From: an uncultured Pseudomonadota bacterium
GTDB taxonomy: Bacteria; Pseudomonadota; Alphaproteobacteria; Rs-D84
Assembly: GCA_949288265.1 (NCBI GenBank)
Contig: CASEJM010000024.1
Coordinates: 1 to 59,323 of the forward strand
Reading direction: 5' to 3'
DNA length: 59,323 nucleotides
The translations under genes and the position numbers were made by a program. The notes under the pieces were generated by a model that was not told where the DNA came from, did no database searches, and saw only the letters and a list, made by a program, of their open reading frames with translations. The stretch's first letter is position 1. Every line of letters starts with the position of its first letter. Positions 27,424 through 36,475 of the stretch are shown one piece after another.

Positions 27424-29664
27424 ATGGCAAGGAAGTCTAATTTTTTTCCAGAAAGTGTTTCTAATGCGTTAAAGAAAATATCAAAACGTGTTATCGGTAT
27501 CGTTTTATTATGTTTTGGCTTATGGGCTTTATTTTCGTTGATCTTTTTTGATCCGTATCTTAACGGTTTTGCCGCTGCTAGCACTTTTGGTGAGCAATCT
27601 ATTATGGGGCAGGTCGTTGGTTTTATTCGTTATTCAGTGGGGTTCGTACCAGCGATGTTCTTTATATTATGTATTGCTCGTTGGGGGCTAGCTTGGCTTG
27701 CAAATTGGGAAGAAAACGCCGCACCAGAATATAATTTTTTACGTTGTTTTGTCGTAATTTGTGTCGGTGCAATCGGTTTCGGTTTGATTATGCCATCTTC
27801 AACTTTTGGTGGAATGTTGGGATATATTGCCGCCGCGGACGCCACAAGATTTATAGGTACTTGGGGTATTTTATTGGGAATTTTATTTGTTGGGGTATTT
27901 CTTGTAATGGGGGCTTTGTTACTACATATAAAATGGACGCATATCAAAGGTATCTCTTTTGCAATATGGCGTGGTTTTCGTTGGCTGCTGTCTGTATTCC
28001 ATTTGGTACCTGCAGTTGAATATACAGAAGAAGATGAAGAAGCAGAAGAAGAAATTGAGGAAGAATCAGACGATGAGTCAGAAGAACAAGAGACTCAACC
28101 CGTGCGCCGTCGTATGCGTCGCGCAACACGTGCTGCAAAATCTAAAAAAACTTTTGCAGGTGAATATGAATTGCCAGATCCAGCATTCCTGGAAAGATCA
28201 AATTTTGGTAAAAATATTGTAACGCCGGAATTAAAACGTAATGCTGCTGCGATGGAGGTGCATTTCGCAGAGTACGGGGTTCAGGGAAAGGTGGTCGGAA
28301 TTCGTCCGGGGCCTATTGTTACTTTATACGAATTCATGCCAGATAGTGGTGTTCGTATGGCTGATGTTAGTAAGACCGTAAAAGATATGACCAGGGCAAT
28401 GGCAACTGAAAATATACGTATTGCTCATATACCAAGTACTCAGTTAATCGGCGTAGAAATGGTAAATATAACTCGTCAGACTGTTAGGTTTCAATCGTTG
28501 GTTGACAATGATACATTTATAAATTCTAAATATAAAATACCTTTGGCGTTAGGGGTGGACATCGGTGGAAACCCTATGTATTATGATTTAGCAAAAATGC
28601 CGCATATGTTAATTGCCGGACGTACGGGGTCTGGTAAATCAGTTTTTGTTCAATCTATTATTATGTCAATCGTTTATCATTTTACACCGGATAAGTGTAA
28701 ACTTATCATAATAGATCCAAAAGGTGTTGATTTTGGATTTTGGGATGACATACCACATTTAATAACACCAATCGTTAAATTAGATGCCGCTGCTGCTGTA
28801 AATGCATTAAAATGGGCAGTTCGTGAGATGGAGGATCGTTATAAACAACTACAGGTTTTGAATGCTCGTAACATAGAAAGTTATAACGAAATGGCCACAC
28901 AGAAGCGAGAAAGCGGTGAAAAAGTTACTCGTCAGGTTGCAGTTGGTACAGACGAAGAAACAGGTGAGCTATTATTTGAAACACAAGAAGTTGATTTATC
29001 TGACATGCCGTATATTGTAATAATAATTGATGAGGTTGCAGATTTGATGAGTCTTGCCAGAAAAGAGGTCGAAGCCTGCGTACAAAGAATTGCACAAAAG
29101 GCTAGGGCGGCTGGTATACATCTTGTAATGGCGACGCAGCGTCCCGATGCGACGACAATTACCGGTGTAATTAAAGCAAATTTCCCAACGCGTGTATCTT
29201 TCCAAGCCAGAAGTGTAATCGATTCTATGACTACGCTTGGAGAAAAGGGGGCAGAGCAATTGCTGTCTTGTGGAGATATGTTATTTAGTGAAGCAGGACG
29301 TGTCCCTGTACGTATACATGGTGCCTTTATATCGGACGAAGAAATGAATAGAGTTGGGGATTTCTTGCGAGCCGAAGGTGAACCTGAATATGCGGCAGGT
29401 GTTACAGATGGCGATGGCGGAGACGATTTTGCAGCAGGGGCTGTTCCTGGGTTACCTAATGCGGTTTCGTCAAAAGCCGATAAAGATGCTGATTTATATA
29501 CTCAGGCGAAAGAATATGTGTTACGGGATAAAAAACCTACAATTTCTTATATACAGCGTCGTTTAGGTGTTGGATATAATAAAGCAGCTGGTTTTATGGA
29601 ACGTATGGAACAAGAAGGAATCGTCAGTGCACCTGACGCAAATAATAAAAGACATATTTTATAG
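27424..29664 (+). CDS. ftsK: DNA translocase FtsK
   Basis: N-terminal TM domain, acidic linker, motor domain with the GRTGSGKS Walker A, and a gamma winged helix (ISYIQRRLGVGYNKAAGFMERMEQEGIVS). Confidence 0.95.
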   Translation: MARKSNFFPESVSNALKKISKRVIGIVLLCFGLWALFSLIFFDPYLNGFAAASTFGEQSIMGQVVGFIRYSVGFVPAMFFILCIARWGLAWLANWEENAAPEYNFLRCFVVICVGAIGFGLIMPSSTFGGMLGYIAAADATRFIGTWGILLGILFVGVFLVMGALLLHIKWTHIKGISFAIWRGFRWLLSVFHLVPAVEYTEEDEEAEEEIEEESDDESEEQETQPVRRRMRRATRAAKSKKTFAGEYELPDPAFLERSNFGKNIVTPELKRNAAAMEVHFAEYGVQGKVVGIRPGPIVTLYEFMPDSGVRMADVSKTVKDMTRAMATENIRIAHIPSTQLIGVEMVNITRQTVRFQSLVDNDTFINSKYKIPLALGVDIGGNPMYYDLAKMPHMLIAGRTGSGKSVFVQSIIMSIVYHFTPDKCKLIIIDPKGVDFGFWDDIPHLITPIVKLDAAAAVNALKWAVREMEDRYKQLQVLNARNIESYNEMATQKRESGEKVTRQVAVGTDEETGELLFETQEVDLSDMPYIVIIIDEVADLMSLARKEVEACVQRIAQKARAAGIHLVMATQRPDATTITGVIKANFPTRVSFQARSVIDSMTTLGEKGAEQLLSCGDMLFSEAGRVPVRIHGAFISDEEMNRVGDFLRAEGEPEYAAGVTDGDGGDDFAAGAVPGLPNAVSSKADKDADLYTQAKEYVLRDKKPTISYIQRRLGVGYNKAAGFMERMEQEGIVSAPDANNKRHIL

Positions 29665-29665
29665 A

Positions 29666-29692
29666 AAACCGCTTTATAGCGGTTTATTTTTT
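29666..29692 (+). terminator. Rho-independent terminator after ftsK
   Basis: AAACCGC-TTTATA-GCGGTTT followed by ATTTTTT. Confidence 0.7.
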
Positions 29693-29723
29693 GTTTTTAG
29701 TTCTTTTTAAAACAAGCTTTTTA

Positions 29724-29732
29724 TGATATAAT
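29724..29732 (+). promoter_or_regulatory. Extended -10 promoter (TGaTATAAT)
   Basis: CTTTTTATGATATAAT lies 24 nt upstream of the ATG at 29757, with an AAGGAG SD. Confidence 0.5.
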
Positions 29733-29756
29733 TTTGTTAAAAAGGAGAAATATATA

Positions 29757-30962
29757 ATGAAAAAGCATTTATCTTTATTGACCGCATTTGTAGTGTTGTT
29801 TGGGGTTAGCCCTGTTTTGGCGGCAACCAATTATGGTACGCGCGCAGCATCCAGCGCAGATTTAACAGGTGCACCAGCCGTGCGTGAAAGAACACAAGTA
29901 AATTATGAAAAGTATACGACACGTTCTACAACCAGAACATATGACGAAGCAGATGCGAAAAATATATATTATACTCAACCATCTAATCGTAGTGCGTTGT
30001 ATAATCAATATGATAGTGGTAACGCATCGGCAAGCGTTCGTACAACAAGAGCGGAAACATATCGTACAGAGCTGAAGCGTAAATATTATTTGGCGCATCC
30101 TTTCTTCCAGCCGACAAAGGGCAAGTTTGGTTCTGTAACGGATCTATCATATAATATGAATTCTTATGACTTGGTCTTAAATCCTGCTGACGGTGTTGAG
30201 ATAACAGATCCAAATGGTAAATGGGACATGAGTCAATTTTCTATAAAAGAAGACTTTAGTTATGGTATTACAGATCGTTTGTCTGTATTAGCTATGGCAC
30301 GTTTTGATGTCTCGGATTATAAATTTGATTGGGCCGTTGCACCAGATGACACTATGGATGATAGCGGTTTTAATCTATTTGGTTTGGGTTTCCAATGGCG
30401 CTTTGTTGATACAACAGATTGGATTGCCACGGCTTCTGCATACTATCAATATCAGCAGGATATATCTAATAATGTAATCCTGGATTTAAAAGCTGGTTAT
30501 AAAGTAAGCTCTTCAACTATATATGGTTTGGTTCGCGGTTGGTATCTAAACTTTGATGGTAATTCATACGGTAATGGTATTAACGGAAAAACAGAAAACG
30601 GTGATGACGCAACTTTCTTCTTGGCGTATAACACTGATGCAGATAACACTTTCTATGTTGAAGGTGGCGTCGGTGTATTCAGCGTCTTAGACGAAGATTG
30701 GACGTTGAATTTCGAAGCGATTTTAGGTAATTATGACTGGCATAACCAAGCAAGCTTAAAAGCAGCCATTGGTTGGCAGCCAAATGATTGGTTTGCTTTG
30801 AATCTGTATGGAAGAATGGCTGTTTGGGATTCTGCAAACGGTAAGGATTTATCTTTCTGGCAGACGGATGCTGTTGATGGCGTGTTCCGTAAAATGGGTA
30901 CAGCTAATATAGACAACTATTCCGATGCTTCCGTCGGTTTGCAGGCGATATTTATGTTCTAA
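29757..30962 (+). CDS. Putative outer-membrane beta-barrel protein (long form)
   Basis: Signal peptide ending VLA, alternating aromatic/polar strands, and a C-terminal ..LQAIFMF signature with a terminal Phe. Confidence 0.6.
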   Translation: MKKHLSLLTAFVVLFGVSPVLAATNYGTRAASSADLTGAPAVRERTQVNYEKYTTRSTTRTYDEADAKNIYYTQPSNRSALYNQYDSGNASASVRTTRAETYRTELKRKYYLAHPFFQPTKGKFGSVTDLSYNMNSYDLVLNPADGVEITDPNGKWDMSQFSIKEDFSYGITDRLSVLAMARFDVSDYKFDWAVAPDDTMDDSGFNLFGLGFQWRFVDTTDWIATASAYYQYQQDISNNVILDLKAGYKVSSSTIYGLVRGWYLNFDGNSYGNGINGKTENGDDATFFLAYNTDADNTFYVEGGVGVFSVLDEDWTLNFEAILGNYDWHNQASLKAAIGWQPNDWFALNLYGRMAVWDSANGKDLSFWQTDAVDGVFRKMGTANIDNYSDASVGLQAIFMF

Positions 30963-30976
30963 TATGGCTTAATTAA

Positions 30977-31010
30977 TCTGGGTTCCTAAGAAAATTGGAA
31001 CCCAGATTTT
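30977..31010 (+). terminator. Rho-independent terminator
   Basis: TCTGGGTTCC-N10-GGAACCCAGA followed by TTTT. Confidence 0.7.
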
Positions 31011-31051
31011 AATGGATGATTCTTTATATTTATTTATATAAAAGGTAAGAT

Positions 31052-31777
31052 ATGCGCAATTTTTTTATAGGATTATTTACCGTTTTTTTGGGGATGGTGC
31101 CTGTGTTTTCAAACGCATATGCAAACGGGTTAGAATCGGATACTTCTGATCCATTGTATATGTTGAATGAACAACATGTTTTATCAGAGACTACGCTTAC
31201 GTATTGGGACAATGTATTGCGGTTGGGGCAAAGTGTATCTTATGGTATAAATAATCGTTTAACAATTGGGGCAAACGCTCACTTTCAGCAAGATTTTGAT
31301 GGACCAGAAGATGGCTTCTCTGCCGTAGATCTTGGGGGGGTATATCGTGTTGGAACTGCGTCAGGAAATAGCGCAAATATAATATCAGATGTTTTATTAG
31401 GATTAAAAATAGGTGGTTCTTCAAGTGTTCGTACACCTTATTTTGCAGATTCTACATATTATGCCGGATATCGTTTTGGTCGTCAGTGGGCTGGTATGAC
31501 TTTGGCGGCAACTATAAAGTCTAGTTGGATTTTTGATGACGATCGTGGAATGGCTTATATCGATGCAATACCCGAGGCTTATTTTAGAATTTCTCAAGAT
31601 TGGCGTCTGGGGGCACAGTTCACGTTGCGTAAGGCAACTAATCCGCGTTATAACCAAGAATGGCTGGGTGGAAAAATAATACGTCAATATGGGCGCACTC
31701 AATATGCAGGGCATATAGATTATGAGTTTGAAAGTGATGATTTGCAAGTTGGGGTAAATGTAAACATATTGTTTTAG
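31052..31777 (+). CDS. Putative outer-membrane beta-barrel protein (short paralog)
   Basis: Signal peptide, a SYGINNRLT motif shared with the SYGITDRLS of 29757-30962, and a C-terminal VNVNILF. Confidence 0.6.
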   Translation: MRNFFIGLFTVFLGMVPVFSNAYANGLESDTSDPLYMLNEQHVLSETTLTYWDNVLRLGQSVSYGINNRLTIGANAHFQQDFDGPEDGFSAVDLGGVYRVGTASGNSANIISDVLLGLKIGGSSSVRTPYFADSTYYAGYRFGRQWAGMTLAATIKSSWIFDDDRGMAYIDAIPEAYFRISQDWRLGAQFTLRKATNPRYNQEWLGGKIIRQYGRTQYAGHIDYEFESDDLQVGVNVNILF

Positions 31778-31796
31778 AATAATGTTATTAATATTT

Positions 31797-31822
31797 AATC
31801 CCGCATCTAAGCGGGATTTTTT
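31797..31822 (+). terminator. Rho-independent terminator
   Basis: AATCCCGC-ATCTAA-GCGGGATT followed by TTTT. Confidence 0.7.
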
Positions 31823-31860
31823 ATTGACTATTTTATATTTTGTGTAAAAATGTTGTAATT

Positions 31861-32826
31861 ATGGTAAAAGAAAAAATAGCTTTTGTTTTTCCGGGTCAGG
31901 GGGCGCAATACGTAGGTATGGCGAAAGATTTGTTTGATGAATATGCTGTTGTTCGTCATACGTTTGAACAGGTATCTGATATTTCTAATAAAGATATAGC
32001 CAAAGTTTGTTTTTACGGACCAAATTATGCTTTAAATGATACAGAGATAACATCCCTTGGTACTTTTGCTCATTCCTTATCTATTGCTCGTATTATAGAA
32101 GATCATTTCGGAAAACCAATTTATAATATTGCTTATGCGATAACGGGGCATTCTATGGGGCAGTATTCGGCTTTATGTTGCGCTGGAAGTTTAGAGTTTA
32201 AAGATGTTATACGATTACTATCTGCTCGTTCTAAGTCAATGAAGAGTATCGATACAATAAATGGTGGTATGGCGTGTATAGCTGGTGCTAATAAGGAAGT
32301 GGTTGAAAGTTGTCTAGAACCAGCAAAAAAGTTTGGTTTTGTGGTTATATCTAATCATAACGCGCGTGATCAATTTACACTTAGTGGCGAAATTCCCGCA
32401 TTGGATGCGGCCATCGCAGAGGCGAAGAAAAAAAATGTAAGAATCGCGAAACGTTTAAACATTTCTGTACCTGCACACTGTAAACTTATGGCAAAGACGC
32501 AAGGCATTTTACGTAGAGAATTAGATTCTGTAAATGTTTTGCCGCCAAAAACAAATTGGTTTTCAAATCAGACTGGTGCAATAATGGTAAACCCATTAGA
32601 TGTTAAAGATGCGTTGGCAGATCAGATGACACATGGTGTGCGCTGGTTAGAAATTATGGAAAAATTTCCAGAGTATAAGATTTCTTCTGTTTATGAATTA
32701 GGACCAGGAAAAACTTTAAGTGGTTTGATAAAACACGCTAATCTTGGTATTCCTGCACAATGCACAGATAATTTAAAAAATGTTCGGGCAATGATTGAAC
32801 AACTAGAAAAATTAATTATGCGATAA
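31861..32826 (+). CDS. fabD: Malonyl-CoA:ACP transacylase
   Basis: FVFPGQGAQ and the GHSMGQYSA active-site serine motif. I prefer the ATG at 31861 over the ORF-track start at 31840. Confidence 0.88.
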   Translation: MVKEKIAFVFPGQGAQYVGMAKDLFDEYAVVRHTFEQVSDISNKDIAKVCFYGPNYALNDTEITSLGTFAHSLSIARIIEDHFGKPIYNIAYAITGHSMGQYSALCCAGSLEFKDVIRLLSARSKSMKSIDTINGGMACIAGANKEVVESCLEPAKKFGFVVISNHNARDQFTLSGEIPALDAAIAEAKKKNVRIAKRLNISVPAHCKLMAKTQGILRRELDSVNVLPPKTNWFSNQTGAIMVNPLDVKDALADQMTHGVRWLEIMEKFPEYKISSVYELGPGKTLSGLIKHANLGIPAQCTDNLKNVRAMIEQLEKLIMR

Positions 32827-32829
32827 TGT

Positions 32830-34104
32830 TTATGGGTTTAATTTTTTCCTTAGAGAATCCCAATATTCCAATCGTTTTTTTATTTCACGTTCAAACCCGC
32901 GTTCAATTGGATGATAAAATTTCTGACGCGTCATTGTTTCTGGAAAGCAATTTTGTCCGCTGAATCCGGATTCTGTATTTGGTTCATATATGTATCCAGC
33001 CCCATATCCCATTTCTTTCATCATTCTTGTCGGTGCATTTAGAATGTTTTTCGGGGGCATTAAACTTCCTGTGTCTTTTGCGGTTTGATACGCCGACATT
33101 TGTGCGCGATAGTTAGCCGTACTTTTTGGGGCAGTTCCTAAATATATTACTAATTCTGTTAAAGCCAGATCGCCTTCTGGGCTGCCCATTCTTTCATATA
33201 TTTGCCATGCGGCAAGTGCTATTTGCATGGCGTTCGGATCCGCTAAACCTATATCTTCCATCGCAAATCTAGTAAGCCTACGAAATAGGTACATAGGGTC
33301 TTGACCAGACGTCATCATTCTGGCAGTCCAATATAAGGCCGCATCTGTATCGCTTGCACGTAACGACTTATGTACCGCAGATATAAGGTTATAATGTTCG
33401 TCACCTGTTTTATCAGAAAGGGGGGCTCTTTTTTGTATGGCCGTATCAAGCGCATCTGGTGTTAATTTCTTTTTGAAGTTCGCGTTTGATAAATACTCAA
33501 TAGTATTTAATAGAAATCGTGCATCACCGTCAGACATTTGGGCTAGATGTAATTTAGCCGATTCGTCTAAAGGTAATTTTTTATTCAAGAATTTTTCTGC
33601 ACGCGATATCAATGTAATTAAGTCTTCCGTTGATAATGGTTGTAAAACACCAACATGGCAGCGGGATAATAAAGCATTGTTTAAATTAAAACTTGGGTTT
33701 TCAGTTGTTGCACCCATAAATACAACAGTTCCGTCTTCAAGATATGGTAATAAAGTATCTTGTTGCGTTTTATTAAAACGATGAATTTCATCAATGAATA
33801 ATAAAGTTGAGCGACCGATTTCACGGTTCATACGTGCAGCTTCCATGGCTTTTTTTATGTCCGCTGTGCCGGAAAATACAGCAGACATTGGGACAAAGTC
33901 CATATCTACAGATTTGGCCAATGCTCGTGCAATTGTTGTTTTTCCACATCCCGGGGGACCCCATAGAATCAAATTTGATAATTTATGGTTATCTACCATT
34001 CTGCGCACAAGACCGTTTTCACCTAAAAGTTGTGGTTGCCCGACAATTTCGTCTATTGTCGATGGGCGCATTAAATCTGCAAGCGGTCTGTTTTCAGTCG
34101 GCAT
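32830..34104 (-). CDS. rarA: Replication-associated recombination protein A (RarA/MgsA)
   Basis: LADLMRP..IDEIVGQ, GPPGCGKTT, FIDEIHRFNK.QQD.LLP and the MgsA C-terminal domain. Confidence 0.95.
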   Translation of the reverse strand: MPTENRPLADLMRPSTIDEIVGQPQLLGENGLVRRMVDNHKLSNLILWGPPGCGKTTIARALAKSVDMDFVPMSAVFSGTADIKKAMEAARMNREIGRSTLLFIDEIHRFNKTQQDTLLPYLEDGTVVFMGATTENPSFNLNNALLSRCHVGVLQPLSTEDLITLISRAEKFLNKKLPLDESAKLHLAQMSDGDARFLLNTIEYLSNANFKKKLTPDALDTAIQKRAPLSDKTGDEHYNLISAVHKSLRASDTDAALYWTARMMTSGQDPMYLFRRLTRFAMEDIGLADPNAMQIALAAWQIYERMGSPEGDLALTELVIYLGTAPKSTANYRAQMSAYQTAKDTGSLMPPKNILNAPTRMMKEMGYGAGYIYEPNTESGFSGQNCFPETMTRQKFYHPIERGFEREIKKRLEYWDSLRKKLNP

Positions 34105-34138
34105 ATGTTTTACTTTGATTTTATTTGATGTTTATTTG

Positions 34139-34147
34139 TGATATAAT
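34139..34147 (+). promoter_or_regulatory. Extended -10 promoter (TGaTATAAT) upstream of mucR
   Basis: TTTATTTGTGATATAAT lies 31 nt before the TTG at 34179. Confidence 0.45.
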
Positions 34148-34178
34148 AAAGTTTAGTAAATAACAGTGGGGTTTTCAA

Positions 34179-34550
34179 TTGGTAAGTGTAAATAAAGATT
34201 CTTCCGAATTTGCGTTAGCTGTGGCTAACCTTGCGGCAGCAGCAATTTCCGCAAATCCACAAATGACGATGGAGCAGGCTGTACGTAGTGCACGTGAAAG
34301 TTTACGTGGGGCTTCCGTCAGCCCGCAGCAAATATCCGATTCTGTGCGTCCAGATAAAATTCAGTGTTTAGAAGATGGTACTTGGCATGTCATGTTACGG
34401 CGGTATGTAAAAAGAAAATTTGGAATGACACCACAACAATATCGGCAGAAGTGGGGGCTGCCAGAAGATTATCCTTTCGTTGCACCAAATTATTCGGTAC
34501 GTAGATCTAAAATAGCAAAAAAAACAGGGCTTGGTAAAAACAAGGATTAA
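34179..34550 (+). CDS. mucR: MucR/Ros-family transcriptional regulator (zinc ligands degenerate)
   Basis: The C-terminal MTPQQYRQKWGLPEDYPFVAPNYSVRRSKIAKKTGLG is diagnostic of Ros/MucR. The zinc-site region reads CLEDG..H...RRY..RKF. The start is TTG, so the exact start is uncertain. Confidence 0.85.
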   Translation: MVSVNKDSSEFALAVANLAAAAISANPQMTMEQAVRSARESLRGASVSPQQISDSVRPDKIQCLEDGTWHVMLRRYVKRKFGMTPQQYRQKWGLPEDYPFVAPNYSVRRSKIAKKTGLGKNKD

Positions 34551-34552
34551 TT

Positions 34553-36475
34553 ATGAATGAGAAGTTTATAAAAGCTGTTAGAACGCCAGAAGAAGCGGCA
34601 AAAAAATTACGTAAATTTATAGAAAAGAAAAAGCCGCTTGATTATGTTCAACAATCCCGTCAAAAAAAAGAAAGGAACGGTGATAAAAATCCTTACTCAA
34701 TGTTTATTGATTCCGCAGAAGTTCTGGGTTTAAGTGCCGCAAAATTTACTGCGTGGTTGGCGGCCGGGGGCAGTCAATTTTTGCTTACGCTGGCACGCTG
34801 GTTGACGATGGATAATGTTTTCTTGCGCAAAATGGAGAAAAAATTTGAATCAATAAATGTTACTAAAAATAAGGACGGGAAAAATAAAAAGCTAGCGGTT
34901 ATTTTAAAAGAATATCCAACTTCATCTGCATATGTTTTGTGGTTGCTTAGTTTGGTTGCCGTTGCTGGTTCCGGATATCTAACGGCAGAGATAGCACCCA
35001 AAGCTATTAGTAACTATAAAGAAAAACGTTTGGCTAAAGAGGCAGAAAAACAAGCCCAGGGTACATATAGAGCTTTTTTAAATAAGGTTCAACCAATAGT
35101 TCCGTTTCTTATTGCTGATTTAATTGCGAAAGAGGGCGTCCATGTAGATAAAAAAACTGGATTGCATACCCCATATTTTGATTCGGAAAATATTGCAACA
35201 ATTGGTTTCGGATCGACAAAATTAAAAAACGGCAGAAGGGTTACAAAGGATACTCGACCAATAACGACAGAAGAAGCATATGAGTTGGCCCGTTGGCATT
35301 TAGAAGAAGAAACTTTTTTCGTTTTATATTGTTATGATGTTGCTTTAGATAATGTAAATATAAATTCTACGGAAGAAGCATTAGCCTTGTCGTCAATGTG
35401 CTATAATGCTTATTCTAAGATCATAGAAGATAAGACAGACATAAATAGTCAAAAAAGATTTGCAGAGTTAAGAAAACTATATGGCGAATATGGTTATTCT
35501 GTTACCGATGATGCGGTACGAAAAGTTTTTGAGGAATATCCGATAATAAAACCAACCAGTTTCGGAAAGCTTTGGGTAGAAGGGGCAGATAAAGAACAAC
35601 TTGCCGATGCCTTAGGTGGATTCTTGAGAAATGGACGAGGTATTTATTGGCGGCGTTGGTTAGAAGCAGGCTTGTTGACTGGGGATATAAAACCAGAAAT
35701 GTTATTGAACTGCCCAACAAATGGAATGTATGAATTCTTTTGCGTAATGGGACAAAAGAAAAGTTCGTTTTTTACAGGTGAAGCTGGTAATAGAAAAGTA
35801 AATAAAAATACATATAAAATATTTGAAGAATGGTTGAAAAATCCTGTTAATGCGAAGGGAGAAAGTTTAAAGCATTGGAAAAAAGTTTCGGATTATATGC
35901 CCGAAGATGTGGTTGATTTCTGTCAGAAAGGCGAATGTAAGTTAAACAATAAGAATTTTAAACAATTTGTGAAAACAAGAGAAGAAATTTCAAACGAAAC
36001 TTATACTATGGGGTATGACGAACAATATAAAAAAGCTATAAATGCGTATAAAGAAAAAGATTATAAAAGCGCGGCCAAGAAGTTTGAACAAATGTTAGAA
36101 GATTATCCTAATAATGCTTTATTGCATAATGATTTGGCTGCTACGTATAATCACTTGGGACGCTATGAAGAAGCAATCATACACACGCGTAAAATATTAC
36201 ACGAAATAGGTGATAAAAGCCAATATGCTGCTGCGCAGTATAATGCAGGTTTCGCATATGAAAAACTTGGTGATTTTGATAGGGCTTTGATGAATTATAA
36301 TTTATCCGTTGAAAATGGAAACCTTAACGTTCGTAAAGATATAGAAAGGGTAAAAAAACTTAGGTCAAAACAGACTATCGCTTTTCGTAATGCCGCAAAA
36401 AATATATCTGATATAGATTTTGTAGAGGAACAAATTTTATATAATAATGTTAAAAAATCTGGGAAGATGGCATGA
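34553..36475 (+). CDS. Membrane-anchored lysozyme-like (GH24-like) protein with C-terminal TPR repeats
   Basis: Two hydrophobic segments in the first 150 aa. KEG...PYFDSENIATIGFGST....G..V......IT.EEA..L resembles the phage-type lysozyme core. TPR-like repeats occupy the last 130 aa. Confidence 0.5.
   Translation: MNEKFIKAVRTPEEAAKKLRKFIEKKKPLDYVQQSRQKKERNGDKNPYSMFIDSAEVLGLSAAKFTAWLAAGGSQFLLTLARWLTMDNVFLRKMEKKFESINVTKNKDGKNKKLAVILKEYPTSSAYVLWLLSLVAVAGSGYLTAEIAPKAISNYKEKRLAKEAEKQAQGTYRAFLNKVQPIVPFLIADLIAKEGVHVDKKTGLHTPYFDSENIATIGFGSTKLKNGRRVTKDTRPITTEEAYELARWHLEEETFFVLYCYDVALDNVNINSTEEALALSSMCYNAYSKIIEDKTDINSQKRFAELRKLYGEYGYSVTDDAVRKVFEEYPIIKPTSFGKLWVEGADKEQLADALGGFLRNGRGIYWRRWLEAGLLTGDIKPEMLLNCPTNGMYEFFCVMGQKKSSFFTGEAGNRKVNKNTYKIFEEWLKNPVNAKGESLKHWKKVSDYMPEDVVDFCQKGECKLNNKNFKQFVKTREEISNETYTMGYDEQYKKAINAYKEKDYKSAAKKFEQMLEDYPNNALLHNDLAATYNHLGRYEEAIIHTRKILHEIGDKSQYAAAQYNAGFAYEKLGDFDRALMNYNLSVENGNLNVRKDIERVKKLRSKQTIAFRNAAKNISDIDFVEEQILYNNVKKSGKMA

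Noticed and set aside
28026-28093. GAA/GAT-rich repetitive stretch (EEDEEAEEEIEEESDDESEEQE).
   Set aside because: This is the low-complexity acidic linker between the FtsK membrane and motor domains, which is a common feature. It is not a DNA repeat element.
31824-31860. TTGACT plus TAAAAA/TGTAAT elements upstream of fabD, considered as a promoter.
   Set aside because: The spacing to any acceptable -10 is off (15 nt, or directly abutting the ATG). Too many alternatives exist in AT-rich sequence to support a call.
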